55,899 nt of DNA from Bacteroidales bacterium (lineage in GTDB: Bacteria > Bacteroidota > Bacteroidia > Bacteroidales > UBA7960). The DNA is taken from assembly GCA_007123065.1 (NCBI GenBank), contig SKSI01000090.1:1-55899 (forward strand), given 5' to 3'. The translations under genes and the position numbers were made by a program. Of this stretch, positions 1-8,753 are shown one piece after another (the stretch's first letter is position 1; each line of letters starts with the position of its first letter). Under the pieces are notes generated by a model. It worked only from the letters and a program-made list of their open reading frames with translations, ran no database searches and was not told the origin of the DNA.

Positions 1-40
1 ATAACACGGATAAAAACATTTTTTCATCGATCATCGAAAA

Positions 41-125
41 TCATCTTCACATTTGCACATCTTCACATCTGCTAATCTCCTAATCTGCACATCTGCTAAT
101 CTGCACATCTGCTAATCTGCAATCT
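41..125. repeat. Tandem ~16-bp repeat, unit CTGCACATCTGCTAAT, about 3.5 copies plus degenerate flanks
   Basis: Direct reading: CTTCACATCTGCTAAT (61-76), CTCCTAAT, CTGCACATCTGCTAAT (85-100), CTGCACATCTGCTAAT (101-116), CTGCAAT. The same word family recurs at 53125-53227. Confidence 0.85.
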
Positions 126-130
126 TCCAG

Positions 131-167
131 CCAACAAAAAACCGGCAGCTTCAAAAAAAGCTGCCGG
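131..167 (-). terminator. Rho-independent terminator for the minus-strand ytxH-like operon
   Basis: Perfect 9-bp stem CCGGCAGCT (142-150) / AGCTGCCGG (159-167) with an 8-nt loop. On the minus strand it is followed by TTTTTTGTTGG. It lies 27 nt downstream of the ORF ending at 194. Confidence 0.8.
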
Positions 168-193
168 CTGTAAAAAACGATTAAGTAATTTCT

Positions 194-478
194 TCAATCA
201 TCCTCCATGGAGGTATAGCGAGGCTCCTCTTTTTTCTTGACTTTTTTATACAAAAAACGTCCCACCAAGCTTGTAATACCTGAAACCACGCTATAAATAA
301 AACGCAGGCGGTGCCCTGTTTTTTGAATAAAAGAAAACACCGTAAACATTCTGCCCAGAGCACCCAGGCTATCATTCATAGCATCCTCCGCACGCATCGA
401 CTCGTAGCGCAAACGCACCTTTTCCATTCTGATGTCGTGAAGGGTTTTGATGTTCCTTAAGCTTTCCGATAGCATCAT
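194..478 (-). CDS. Small hypothetical protein, third gene of the YtxH-type cluster
   Basis: 94-aa ORF. Its start overlaps the stop of the upstream gene (475..891) by 4 nt. I recognise no motif. Confidence 0.5.
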   Translation of the reverse strand: MMLSESLRNIKTLHDIRMEKVRLRYESMRAEDAMNDSLGALGRMFTVFSFIQKTGHRLRFIYSVVSGITSLVGRFLYKKVKKKEEPRYTSMEDD

Positions 479-891
479 GACTGGTCCCTCCTCTCTTTTT
501 CATCAGCATCTTCGTCCAAAAAAATCTTAAGCATGATCCGGATTGCCAGCCTTCCGAAAATGGACTTTTTCCATATCAGGAAGATCCCTGTCAGCAAAAA
601 ATAGAAACCACTGACAATCAGTATACCATACAAAAGGGAATCCAATAGCTGTCCTACCAACAAAGCAGCTGCTCCTGAAAGAAACAGCAAAGCCAGAAGG
701 CAGGTGGTCAGAATAACGGCATTGGCCACTAAAATGGTCAGGAGCTTTACTGCCTTTTCAAAAGCCAATATCCCGTAATAGGAGATTTTTGTTTCCAGAT
801 ATTTACGGACATTGTCCTTTAATCCGGCAATTTGCTCCAATAACTCTTTGCCATCCATATAATGGAAGTTTAAATGATTACTTTTCTTCAA
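475..891 (-). CDS. Holin-X / DUF1469-like small membrane protein (the 'phage holin family' naming)
   Basis: 138 aa with two long hydrophobic helices (LLTILVANAVILTTCLLALLFL and ILIVSGFYFLLTGIFLIW). Sits next to a YtxH gene, as is typical for this family. Confidence 0.6.
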   Translation of the reverse strand: MKKSNHLNFHYMDGKELLEQIAGLKDNVRKYLETKISYYGILAFEKAVKLLTILVANAVILTTCLLALLFLSGAAALLVGQLLDSLLYGILIVSGFYFLLTGIFLIWKKSIFGRLAIRIMLKIFLDEDADEKERRDQS

Positions 892-1135
892 CTTCTTTGG
901 ATGCTTTTTTTACCCGCGACTTGGTTTCCTCGGCCACGCCACCAACATACTCTTTCAAGTCATCAAGTTTGCCACTCATCTGCTTTGAAAGCTCATCGGT
1001 ATATTCCTTTCCCTTCTCTTTGATTTTTTTGCGGGTTTCTTCTCCTGCGCCGGGGGCAAACAATAGTCCGGCAGCTACGCCAACTGCTGCGCCAAACACA
1101 AATCCAAACAATACTTTTCCACTTGAACTGCTCAT
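878..1135 (-). CDS. YtxH domain-containing protein
   Basis: 85 aa. N-terminal glycine-zipper helix FGFVFGAAVGVAAGLLFAPGAG followed by a charged helical tail (EETRKKIKEKGKEY...), which is the YtxH pattern. Confidence 0.75.
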   Translation of the reverse strand: MSSSSGKVLFGFVFGAAVGVAAGLLFAPGAGEETRKKIKEKGKEYTDELSKQMSGKLDDLKEYVGGVAEETKSRVKKASKEVEEK

Positions 1136-1385
1136 AATATCATCTTTTAAAGGTTAAACAATCGATTAAAAAGACATTTAAACAAAAAATTTAATGCCTT
1201 TTATCCATATATTACAAATATAACAAAATATCAGGACTCTTTGTTGTTATTTTATCATAAATATTGCCAAAACCCAACATTTTTAAACATTTTGCGTATA
1301 CGTTAGAAAAGATAATGCCTGATTTTTGATAATTACATTGCTTTTGTACACTTTTTGATACATATACTCACAAAACAAGCGATAC

Positions 1386-1880
1386 ATGATCAAAAAAAAT
1401 GTGTCCATTCATTATTATGAGATTGACAGCGTGGACTTGCTGCCCAAAGACGAGCAGGAGCTTGTTAGACTGGCCAGAGATATGACAAATGACGCTTACG
1501 CTCCATATTCTGTTTTTTATGTAGGTGCTGCTATATTGCTGGAAAATGGCAAGATGGTCAAAGGCTCGAATCAGGAGAATGGAGCCTATCCCAGCGGCCT
1601 TTGTGCTGAGCGGGTTGCGGCTTTTGCTGCATCTGCAAACCACCCCGGTGTAAGCATGAAGAAAATTGCCATTTGCGCACGTTCGAACAGACTGGAAGTA
1701 AAGAACCCGGTCTCCCCCTGTGGAGCATGCCGTCAGGTACTTCTTGAATATGAAAACCTGCAGAAGGAGCCATTGAAAATCCTTCTGGCAAGTGAAAACG
1801 GCAAAGTGATCGTGATTGACAAGGTGGATGACCTGCTGCCACTGTCCTTCTCCGGAAATGGGCTCAAACGCACCAGTTAA
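1386..1880 (+). CDS. cdd: Cytidine deaminase
   Basis: Zinc-ligand motifs CAERVA and PCGACRQ at the spacing typical of CDA-family enzymes. 164 aa. Confidence 0.85.
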   Translation: MIKKNVSIHYYEIDSVDLLPKDEQELVRLARDMTNDAYAPYSVFYVGAAILLENGKMVKGSNQENGAYPSGLCAERVAAFAASANHPGVSMKKIAICARSNRLEVKNPVSPCGACRQVLLEYENLQKEPLKILLASENGKVIVIDKVDDLLPLSFSGNGLKRTS

Positions 1881-2002
1881 CCGGCAACAGTTCTGAACAT
1901 TCCGGGTTGTATGCGTGTTTTCAGTATGAATCGGGCATATGCCCCGGCAATCTGATTACCCCCACGGTTCATGCCAAAACAACAACATTAAAGACAAAAG
2001 AC

Positions 2003-2881
2003 ATGCACATCACCAAAACTTTCCTAACGCTGGCAGGTATCATCTTGATCTCCTTCGGTTTGTCGGCCCAGGATAAACCCGCCTATCAAATATTTCTGCG
2101 AGATGGGACGCTGTCATCCTACCATGAAATGCTCAATAAAGCACCTGAAAATCACGTGGTGCTTTTTGGGGAGCTGCACAACAACCCCATTGCACACTGG
2201 CTTCAATTTGAGCTGAGCAAAGATTTACATATGTATTACGACAGCTTGCTGGTTCTCGGTGCTGAAATGTTTGAAGCGGATAATCAGATCATTATTGATG
2301 AATATTTTGATGGAAAAATCCTTGAACGACATTTCAAGGCTGAAGCCAAACTCTGGAACAATTATGACACCGATTATCGCCCGCTGCTTGAGCTTGCCCG
2401 GGAAAACAACCTTAACTTCATTGCAACCAATATCCCCAGAAGGTATGCCGCGATGGTTCACAGGGGTGGTTTTGAAGCCCTTGACGCTCTCTCAGAACAG
2501 GCCCAAAAGTACATTGCCCCCCTGCCACCCCCTTACAACCCCGAGCTGCCCGGCTATAAAGCCATGCTGGAAATGGCAGGGATGCCGGCACACGGCAGTG
2601 ATAATTTTCCAAAGGCACAAGCCATCAAGGATGCCACCATGGCGCACTTCATCCTAAAGAACCTGCCCGATTCAGGCATTTTCGTGCACTTCAACGGCGC
2701 CTACCACTCCAATAATGACGAAGGGATCCAATGGTATTTAAATCAATATTCAGAGCAACCCCTTTTCATCATGACCATCAGCACAGTGGAACAAGAAAGT
2801 GTTGAACAACTCGATGAATCCTATCACGGACTGGCAGACTTTATCATAGCCGTTCCATCAACCATGACAAAAACCTATTAA
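2003..2881 (+). CDS. ChaN-family (haem-binding uptake / Tiki superfamily) protein, secreted
   Basis: Motif VVLFGELHNNPIAHWLQFEL. Signal peptide MHITKTFLTLAGIILISFGLSAQ starts at the internal ATG at 2003. The track's 1907 start adds a non-signal extension. Confidence 0.6.
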   Translation: MHITKTFLTLAGIILISFGLSAQDKPAYQIFLRDGTLSSYHEMLNKAPENHVVLFGELHNNPIAHWLQFELSKDLHMYYDSLLVLGAEMFEADNQIIIDEYFDGKILERHFKAEAKLWNNYDTDYRPLLELARENNLNFIATNIPRRYAAMVHRGGFEALDALSEQAQKYIAPLPPPYNPELPGYKAMLEMAGMPAHGSDNFPKAQAIKDATMAHFILKNLPDSGIFVHFNGAYHSNNDEGIQWYLNQYSEQPLFIMTISTVEQESVEQLDESYHGLADFIIAVPSTMTKTY

Positions 2882-2967
2882 CCACTGGGGACATTCCACA
2901 CAACCTCTCTGTTTAACCATTCCATAAAAAGAAAACCACAAATCCTAAGCGTTTTATTTTTTTGTGA

Positions 2968-2975
2968 TATATTTG
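2968..2975 (+). promoter_or_regulatory. Candidate Bacteroidota -7 box (TATATTTG)
   Basis: Matches TAnnTTTG and lies 21 nt upstream of the dprA GTG. Confidence 0.35.
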
Positions 2976-2995
2976 TTCTTTTTTTATCCCAATTT

Positions 2996-4105
2996 GTGAA
3001 AGAAGCACTTTTATATCAGATTGCCATAAACAATATCGCTGGAATAGGAGGAGTTACCGCCAAGCGGCTGATCTCCTATTGCGGAAGCGTTGAACAGGTC
3101 TTCAAAGAGAAAAAAGATGCCCTGTTGAAAATTCCGGGCATTGGTGAAAACCTGGCAAAAGCCGTAAGGAAAGGAGCTGCATTTGATCGGGCCGAGAAAG
3201 AGATCAGGTTCATCGAAAAGCACAAGATAAAATCCCTGTTTTACCTCGACAAGGATTACCCTTCCCGGTTAAAGCAATGTGAAGACGGCCCTTTGTTGTT
3301 ATTCGTTAAAGGCAAAGCATGTCTTAACGAACCTAAAATGCTGGCGGTTGTTGGCACACGAAACATGACAGATTACGGACGCAGCCATTGTGAGTCGATA
3401 ATCACCGAACTGTCAGCCTTTGCTCCCGTTATCGTCAGCGGTCTTGCTTATGGTGTGGATGCCTGTGCCCATAAAGCCGCCCTCAAGAACAAGCTGCAAA
3501 CCATTGCAGTGCTCGCCCACGGACTCGACAGGATCTATCCGTTTCTACATCACAAGCTTGCGCAGTCAATTATTGACCAGGGCGCACTGGTAACCGATTT
3601 TTTAACCGGCAACAAGCCGGACAGGGAAAACTTCCCAAAGCGTAACCGGATCATCGCCGGACTTTGCGACGGCATCATCGTGGTGGAGGCAGCTGAAAGC
3701 GGCGGGGCGCTAATAACTGCAAACATCGCCAACAACTATAACCGCGACGTGTTTGCCATACCCGGGAGAACACAAGACACTTACAGCCAGGGATGCAACA
3801 AACTAATCAAAATACATAAGGCACATCTGCTCGAATCGGCCATCGACCTGCAATACATCATGAACTGGGAGCCAGGGAAAAACCATAAAAAAGGTTTGCA
3901 GCAATCATTATTCATCACCCTCACCGAAGAGGAAAAAAAGATGACCGAATATTTGAAACAACATGGCGAACCGGGTATAGATCAGATTGTTTCAGGAACA
4001 GGCTTCAACCTCAGCAAAGCAACCTCCATTCTGCTCAGTCTAGAGTTTAAAGAAGTGGTTAAACCCCTGCCTGGAAAAACTTACAGGCTGAATATCCTTC
4101 CTTAA
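2996..4105 (+). CDS. dprA: DNA-processing protein DprA (Smf)
   Basis: N-terminal helix-hairpin-helix-like repeat (IAGIGGVTAKRL, IPGIGENLAKAV), Rossmann core GLAYGVDACAHKAAL, and a C-terminal winged-helix-like tail. GTG start. Confidence 0.85.
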   Translation: MKEALLYQIAINNIAGIGGVTAKRLISYCGSVEQVFKEKKDALLKIPGIGENLAKAVRKGAAFDRAEKEIRFIEKHKIKSLFYLDKDYPSRLKQCEDGPLLLFVKGKACLNEPKMLAVVGTRNMTDYGRSHCESIITELSAFAPVIVSGLAYGVDACAHKAALKNKLQTIAVLAHGLDRIYPFLHHKLAQSIIDQGALVTDFLTGNKPDRENFPKRNRIIAGLCDGIIVVEAAESGGALITANIANNYNRDVFAIPGRTQDTYSQGCNKLIKIHKAHLLESAIDLQYIMNWEPGKNHKKGLQQSLFITLTEEEKKMTEYLKQHGEPGIDQIVSGTGFNLSKATSILLSLEFKEVVKPLPGKTYRLNILP

Positions 4106-4158
4106 AGCATGGCGTACAAAGTCATCTCACTTCACTTGCAATATATACAGCAGAGCGC

Positions 4159-4166
4159 TATCTTTG
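4159..4166 (+). promoter_or_regulatory. Candidate -7 box (TATCTTTG) immediately upstream of the 8-mer microsatellite
   Basis: Exact TAnnTTTG match. The identical octamer TATCTTTG also precedes queA (7586) and rbfA (23812). Confidence 0.35.
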
Positions 4167-4171
4167 CAGAC

Positions 4172-4244
4172 AACCTAAACAACTAAACAACTAAACAACT
4201 AAACAACTAAACAACTAAACAACTAAACAACTAAACAACTAAAC
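4172..4244. repeat. 8-bp microsatellite (AACTAAAC) x8 perfect copies plus one degenerate copy
   Basis: Direct reading: AACCTAAAC, then AACTAAAC repeated head-to-tail from 4181 to 4244. A 3-copy variant occurs at 35383-35406. Confidence 0.95.
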
Positions 4245-4267
4245 ATACAGATCAGATCAGTCTCGGT

Positions 4268-4522
4268 TTGGGATCCCGGTTTTTCAAGATACTTACACGT
4301 GCACTGGATTCGAAGTATCATGCCGGTTATTTTCCCTGGTTGGTTCTCTATCATACAAATCTGTCGAACTTTGGAAAAACAATCCATGAGGTGATCACCA
4401 CAACAGGCGGAGCGGTGAGTTCATACACCGGTGCCGGCGGCGGAGGCACCATGGGTGGCGGCGGAGGTGCCGCATCCGGAGGAGGTGGTGCCCGTTATGG
4501 TTTGTATCTGATATTTTCGTAA
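4268..4522 (+). CDS. Hypothetical Gly-rich ORF, possibly a remnant of a TPM/YgcG-like gene tail
   Basis: 84-aa ORF with a TTG start, ending in GAGGGGTMGGGGGAASGGGGA. No recognisable N-terminal domain. It lies in a 443-bp gap between dprA and ftsX. Confidence 0.25.
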   Translation: MGSRFFKILTRALDSKYHAGYFPWLVLYHTNLSNFGKTIHEVITTTGGAVSSYTGAGGGGTMGGGGGAASGGGGARYGLYLIFS

Positions 4523-4548
4523 TTTCGCTGCGAAGAAAATCACAATTT

Positions 4549-5430
4549 ATGGCCAGACAGGAAGACAAAATAATTGGCAGACGGCTGAGGTCCTCTTACA
4601 TCTCGACCGTAATGAGCATTACCCTTGTTTTGTTTGTCCTGGGACTGTTGGGTCTTATTATTCTTCAAGCACAACAGCTTTCTGACCGGGTTCGCGAAAG
4701 CATTGTCGTTTCTGTATTTCTTTCCGATAGCGCCACCGATAATGCAATCGGCAGGCTGCAATCGGAGTTGGAATCGATGCCTTCTGTGAATGAAACCGAC
4801 TACATTTCCCGCGACAATGCAGCCGAACAACTGATACAGGAGCTGGGAGAAGACTTTGTCGGATTTCTTGGATACAACCCCTTATCCGCATTGTTCCAGA
4901 TCCGGCTCAAAGCCGCATATACCAATCCCGACAGCCTGCTCCTCTTCGAAGAAAAAGTAGGCCGCAACCCAATTGTCACAGATGTTGATTATCAAAAATC
5001 GCTGGTACACCTGGTGAACGAAAATGTGAAACGGATCGGGATCGGCCTGCTGGCATTCAGCCTGCTATTGCTGATGATCGCCTTTGCACTGATCAACAAC
5101 ACCATAAGACTTAGTGTTTTCTCCAAACGTTTTTTGATCAAAAGCATGCAGTTGGTTGGAGCGACCCAGTCCTTTATCCGCCGTCCGTTTATTATACAGG
5201 GCGTTTTACAGGGCGTCATAGGGGCGCTGATTACAATATTACTGCTTACTGCAACACTGTATGCCGGGCAGAGACAAATTCCGGAAATCACTATGTTTTA
5301 TGAATTGCAAATGCTGGGAATACTTTTCGCAGGCGTACTTTTGCTTGGGATTATTATCAGTTATATCTCTACCTATTTTGCAGTCAGAAAATATCTGAAA
5401 ATTAAAACAGACTTTTTATATTACTATTGA
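4549..5430 (+). CDS. ftsX: Cell division protein FtsX (permease-like)
   Basis: 293 aa. One N-terminal TM helix, a periplasmic domain, then three C-terminal TM helices. The conserved ftsX-DUF3098-uppP-truB gene order supports the call. Confidence 0.8.
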   Translation: MARQEDKIIGRRLRSSYISTVMSITLVLFVLGLLGLIILQAQQLSDRVRESIVVSVFLSDSATDNAIGRLQSELESMPSVNETDYISRDNAAEQLIQELGEDFVGFLGYNPLSALFQIRLKAAYTNPDSLLLFEEKVGRNPIVTDVDYQKSLVHLVNENVKRIGIGLLAFSLLLLMIAFALINNTIRLSVFSKRFLIKSMQLVGATQSFIRRPFIIQGVLQGVIGALITILLLTATLYAGQRQIPEITMFYELQMLGILFAGVLLLGIIISYISTYFAVRKYLKIKTDFLYYY

Positions 5431-5431
5431 T

Positions 5432-5737
5432 ATGAAAAAACAAGAAGGAAGTGTATTGTTGTTCGACAAACACAAGTATACCTGGTTGATTATCGGATTG
5501 GTTGTTACTGCACTCGGATTTTTGCTTATGATCGGGGGTAAAAGCGACGACCCATATGTGTTTGATGAGGCAATTTTTAGTTTTCGCAGAATCACACTTG
5601 CGCCTATCCTTGTGCTCGGGGGTTATGTGATTCAGATATATGCCATCATGAAAAAAACCACCAACAAACCGGATGACCCAAAGGGGAAAAGACCTGCCAC
5701 TCCTATTAAAACAGATTTCAAAAAACATAAAAAATAA
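5432..5737 (+). CDS. DUF3098 domain-containing membrane protein
   Basis: 101 aa with two TM helices. Starts 1 nt after the ftsX stop, which is the usual partner arrangement in Bacteroidota. Confidence 0.65.
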   Translation: MKKQEGSVLLFDKHKYTWLIIGLVVTALGFLLMIGGKSDDPYVFDEAIFSFRRITLAPILVLGGYVIQIYAIMKKTTNKPDDPKGKRPATPIKTDFKKHKK

Positions 5738-5745
5738 ATTATTGA

Positions 5746-6543
5746 ATGAGCTGGTTAGAAGCCTTTATCCTCGGTCTTTTACAAGGTCTCACTGAGTTTC
5801 TTCCCGTAAGCAGCAGCGGACACCTTGAGCTTGGCGGCGCGTTATTCGGACTGGAAGACCCACACGATTTTTTTACATTTAACATCATTGTGCACGGAGC
5901 CACGTTTTTAAGCGTGGTAGTAGTTTTCTGGCGCGACATCTACTCTTTGACAGCCAACTTTGTTCGTTTCAAATGGAATCCTGAAATGAAGTTCGCATTA
6001 TTGCTGCTCGCTTCTGCAGTGCCTACCGGGATTGTCGGACTTTTGTTTGAAGAAAAAATTGAAAGCATCTTTGAAGGCCGGATTGTATTTGTTGGCTTTA
6101 TGCTTCTTGTTACGGCTACATTACTGTTTCTGACCAGGTTTGTACCCCAAAACAACAATAGCGTTACTCTGAAAACCGCGTTGATCATTGGTTTGGCGCA
6201 GACCCTGGCCATTCTGCCCGGTATCAGCCGCAGTGGTGCCACGATCAGCACGGCACTGTTTTTTGGAATTGAACGGGGCAAAGCCATCCGTTTTTCATTT
6301 CTGATGGTACTCATTCCAATATTTGGGGCCAACTTTCTTAAGATTTTGCGGATGTCGGAAGCCGCGGGAAGCTCAACGATGGAGTTTACACCTATGATCA
6401 TCGGTGCTGTTACTGCCTTCTTAGCCGGGGTGGTCGCGTGCAGGTGGATGCTTCAGATTGTACGCAAGGGAAACATCGCTTACTTTTCTATTTATTGTGC
6501 GGTGATTGGCTTGACGGCAATCATCGCCGGCAGCCTTATGTAA
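5746..6543 (+). CDS. uppP: Undecaprenyl-diphosphate phosphatase
   Basis: BacA signature GLLQGLTEFLPVSSSGHL and a second motif PGISRSGATI. Confidence 0.9.
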   Translation: MSWLEAFILGLLQGLTEFLPVSSSGHLELGGALFGLEDPHDFFTFNIIVHGATFLSVVVVFWRDIYSLTANFVRFKWNPEMKFALLLLASAVPTGIVGLLFEEKIESIFEGRIVFVGFMLLVTATLLFLTRFVPQNNNSVTLKTALIIGLAQTLAILPGISRSGATISTALFFGIERGKAIRFSFLMVLIPIFGANFLKILRMSEAAGSSTMEFTPMIIGAVTAFLAGVVACRWMLQIVRKGNIAYFSIYCAVIGLTAIIAGSLM

Positions 6544-6546
6544 AAA

Positions 6547-7266
6547 ATGCAGACGAAAGAAGCATTCAGTGAGTCGATTCGTGAAGGTAAAATGATGTTC
6601 ATCGATAAACCCTATCGCTGGACATCCTTTGATGTGGTAAATAAATTAAAGGCACTGCTACAACACCGGCTGGGATTAAAAAAAATAAAAGTGGGACACG
6701 CAGGCACGCTTGACCCGCTTGCAACCGGACTGTTGATCATCTGCACGGGAAAAGCAACAAAGCAAATCGAACAATTCCAGGTTCTTGACAAAACATATAC
6801 CGGCACATTCTATACCGGGAAAACAACACCTTCCTTTGACCTTGAAACAAGTCCTGACAAAGAATATCCAACAGCGCACATCACAAAGGAACTTGCTGAA
6901 AAAACAGCCGGAGTTCTTACCGGTCCGCAACAACAAATCCCACCTCTTTTTTCGGCAAAAAAGATTGGAGGAGAACGGGCTTATACCTTTGCCCGCAAAG
7001 GTAAGGACACAGTCCTGAAAGCCAACCTTGTTCATATTAAAACGTTTGAAATCACAGAATTTGACCTGCCAAATATCCATTTTAGGGTTCAATGCAGCAA
7101 GGGGACCTATATCAGGGCCCTGGCAAGAGATTTTGGGGAAGCCATGAACAGTGGTGCTTATCTTGCTGCACTCAGACGTACACATATTGGACAGTATGAC
7201 GTGACCAATGCCTGGAGCATACAAACCATGACAGACATGATCAATTCATTCGAAGACCAGGCATAA
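6547..7266 (+). CDS. truB: tRNA pseudouridine(55) synthase
   Basis: Catalytic motif [14 protein letters not shown], plus [11 protein letters not shown]. Confidence 0.9.
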   Translation: MQTKEAFSESIREGKMMFIDKPYRWTSFDVVNKLKALLQHRLGLKKIKVGHAGTLDPLATGLLIICTGKATKQIEQFQVLDKTYTGTFYTGKTTPSFDLETSPDKEYPTAHITKELAEKTAGVLTGPQQQIPPLFSAKKIGGERAYTFARKGKDTVLKANLVHIKTFEITEFDLPNIHFRVQCSKGTYIRALARDFGEAMNSGAYLAALRRTHIGQYDVTNAWSIQTMTDMINSFEDQA

Positions 7267-7289
7267 AAACACTTTACGGCGTAGGGATC

Positions 7290-7428
7290 TTTGTTCGTTG
7301 CTTGTTGGCATTTTGCGCTGCGCGCGTCATTCAGGCTTCGCCTTGTCATTTATTGTCATTTTGCGCTGCGCGCGTCATTCAGGCTTCGCCTTGTCATTTG
7401 TTGGCATTTTGCGCTGCGCGCGTCATTA
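7290..7428. repeat. 48-bp tandem repeat, about 2.9 copies
   Basis: CATTTTGCGCTGCGCGCGTCATTCAGGCTTCGCCTTGTCATTT.. starts at 7309, 7357 and 7405, giving a 48-nt period. The third copy is truncated after GCGTCATT. Confidence 0.9.
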
Positions 7429-7585
7429 AGATGGCTGTTTTTTCCTGCCAAAGCTAAAAGCAAAAAGCTGATAAGATCTCCGTTTTCAGCTCCAAAATAT
7501 CGGATCCCAGCTCCTGTTTTATTTTTCATTTCACATTTTTAAGTATTTTATTGCCCAAACTATTGACAACGGCCTTCTGATGTAT

Positions 7586-7593
7586 TATCTTTG
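7586..7593 (+). promoter_or_regulatory. Candidate -7 box (TATCTTTG) for queA
   Basis: TAnnTTTG match with TTG at 7563-7565 as a possible -33 element. Lies 53 nt upstream of the ATG. Confidence 0.4.
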
Positions 7594-7645
7594 CAAACCT
7601 TTCCCCAAAGGCATTGGTTAAACTTTTACCGACGAATATTTCACA

Positions 7646-8698
7646 ATGAAACTGTCTCAATTTAAATTCAACCTCCCTGTAGAGTTGATTGCTGAAAAGC
7701 CCGCTCCAAACCGTGACGAATCGCGCCTGATGGTTTTACATACGAAAACAGGCAAGATCGAACACAAAACATTTAAAAACATCATTGATTATTTTGATGA
7801 TGGTGATGTAATGATTGCCAACAACACCAAGGTTTTTCCAGCACGTCTTTATGGCACAAAAGAAAAAACCGGTGCCAATATTGAGGTTTTCCTGCTCAGG
7901 GAGCTTAACAGGGAATCGCGTTTGTGGGATGTTCTGGTTGATCCGGCCCGAAAGATCAGGATTGGCAACAAGCTTTATTTTGGCGAAGATGACAATCTGG
8001 TTGCCGAAGTAATTGATAACACAACCTCCCGGGGCCGTACCCTTCGGTTTTTATTTGACGGCACTTATGATGAATTCAAAAACACCATAGAGTCATTAGG
8101 AGAAACACCTTTGCCTAAGCTAATTAACCGTCCTGTTGACCGCGAAGACAAGGAGCGCTATCAGACCATTTTCGCCAAAAGAGAGGGTGCGGTGGCGGCA
8201 CCTACCGCCGGAATGCATTTCAGCAGGGAGCTGAACAAGCGTCTGGAGCTTAAAGGGATTGAATTTACCGAGGTCACTTTGCACGCAGGTCTGGGCAACT
8301 TCAGAAATGTGGATGTCGAAGATTTGAGCAAACACAAGATGGACAGCGAAGAGTTCATTATTGAAGAACAAACGGCAAACACTGTAAACAAAGCGAAAGA
8401 AAAAGAAAAAAGGGTTTGCGCTATTGGCACAACCACGATGCGGGCCATCGAGTCATCAGTTTCTATCTCCGGATACCTGAAACCTTATGAGGGCTGGACC
8501 AATAAATTCATATATCCACCTTACGATTTCAGCGTGGCAAATGCCATGGTTTCCAACTTTCACCTGCCCCAGTCAACATTGATGATGATGGTATCGGCCT
8601 TTGCCGGCTTTGACTTTCTAATGAAAGCTTATAAGGAAGCCATTAAGGAAAAGTACAATTTCTTTACCTATGGTGATGCGATGCTCATTTTAAAATAA
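7646..8698 (+). CDS. queA: S-adenosylmethionine:tRNA ribosyltransferase-isomerase
   Basis: N-terminus [30 protein letters not shown], plus AAPTAGMHF and [10 protein letters not shown]. Confidence 0.9.
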   Translation: MKLSQFKFNLPVELIAEKPAPNRDESRLMVLHTKTGKIEHKTFKNIIDYFDDGDVMIANNTKVFPARLYGTKEKTGANIEVFLLRELNRESRLWDVLVDPARKIRIGNKLYFGEDDNLVAEVIDNTTSRGRTLRFLFDGTYDEFKNTIESLGETPLPKLINRPVDREDKERYQTIFAKREGAVAAPTAGMHFSRELNKRLELKGIEFTEVTLHAGLGNFRNVDVEDLSKHKMDSEEFIIEEQTANTVNKAKEKEKRVCAIGTTTMRAIESSVSISGYLKPYEGWTNKFIYPPYDFSVANAMVSNFHLPQSTLMMMVSAFAGFDFLMKAYKEAIKEKYNFFTYGDAMLILK

Positions 8699-8753
8699 GT
8701 GAGCAGACTGACCCATTTATACCTTTTCAAAACTTAAATCTGTCAGAAACGGA

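Noticed and set aside
41-125. Possible CRISPR array (also considered for 4172-4244 and 7290-7428)
   Set aside because: The repeats are directly head-to-tail with no unique spacers, the units are too short (8 and 16 bp) or too few (48 bp x3), and there are no cas genes in the window.
475-891. 'Phage holin' family protein as evidence of a prophage
   Set aside because: Its neighbours are a YtxH-domain gene and a small overlapping ORF, which is a stress-type cluster. No lysin, capsid, terminase or integrase genes are nearby.
7291-7542. 83-aa ORF with a triplicated FALRASFRLRLVI motif
   Set aside because: It is an artefact of the 48-bp tandem DNA repeat, whose period is divisible by 3. It has no credible start context, an odd composition, and lies in a promoter-bearing spacer.
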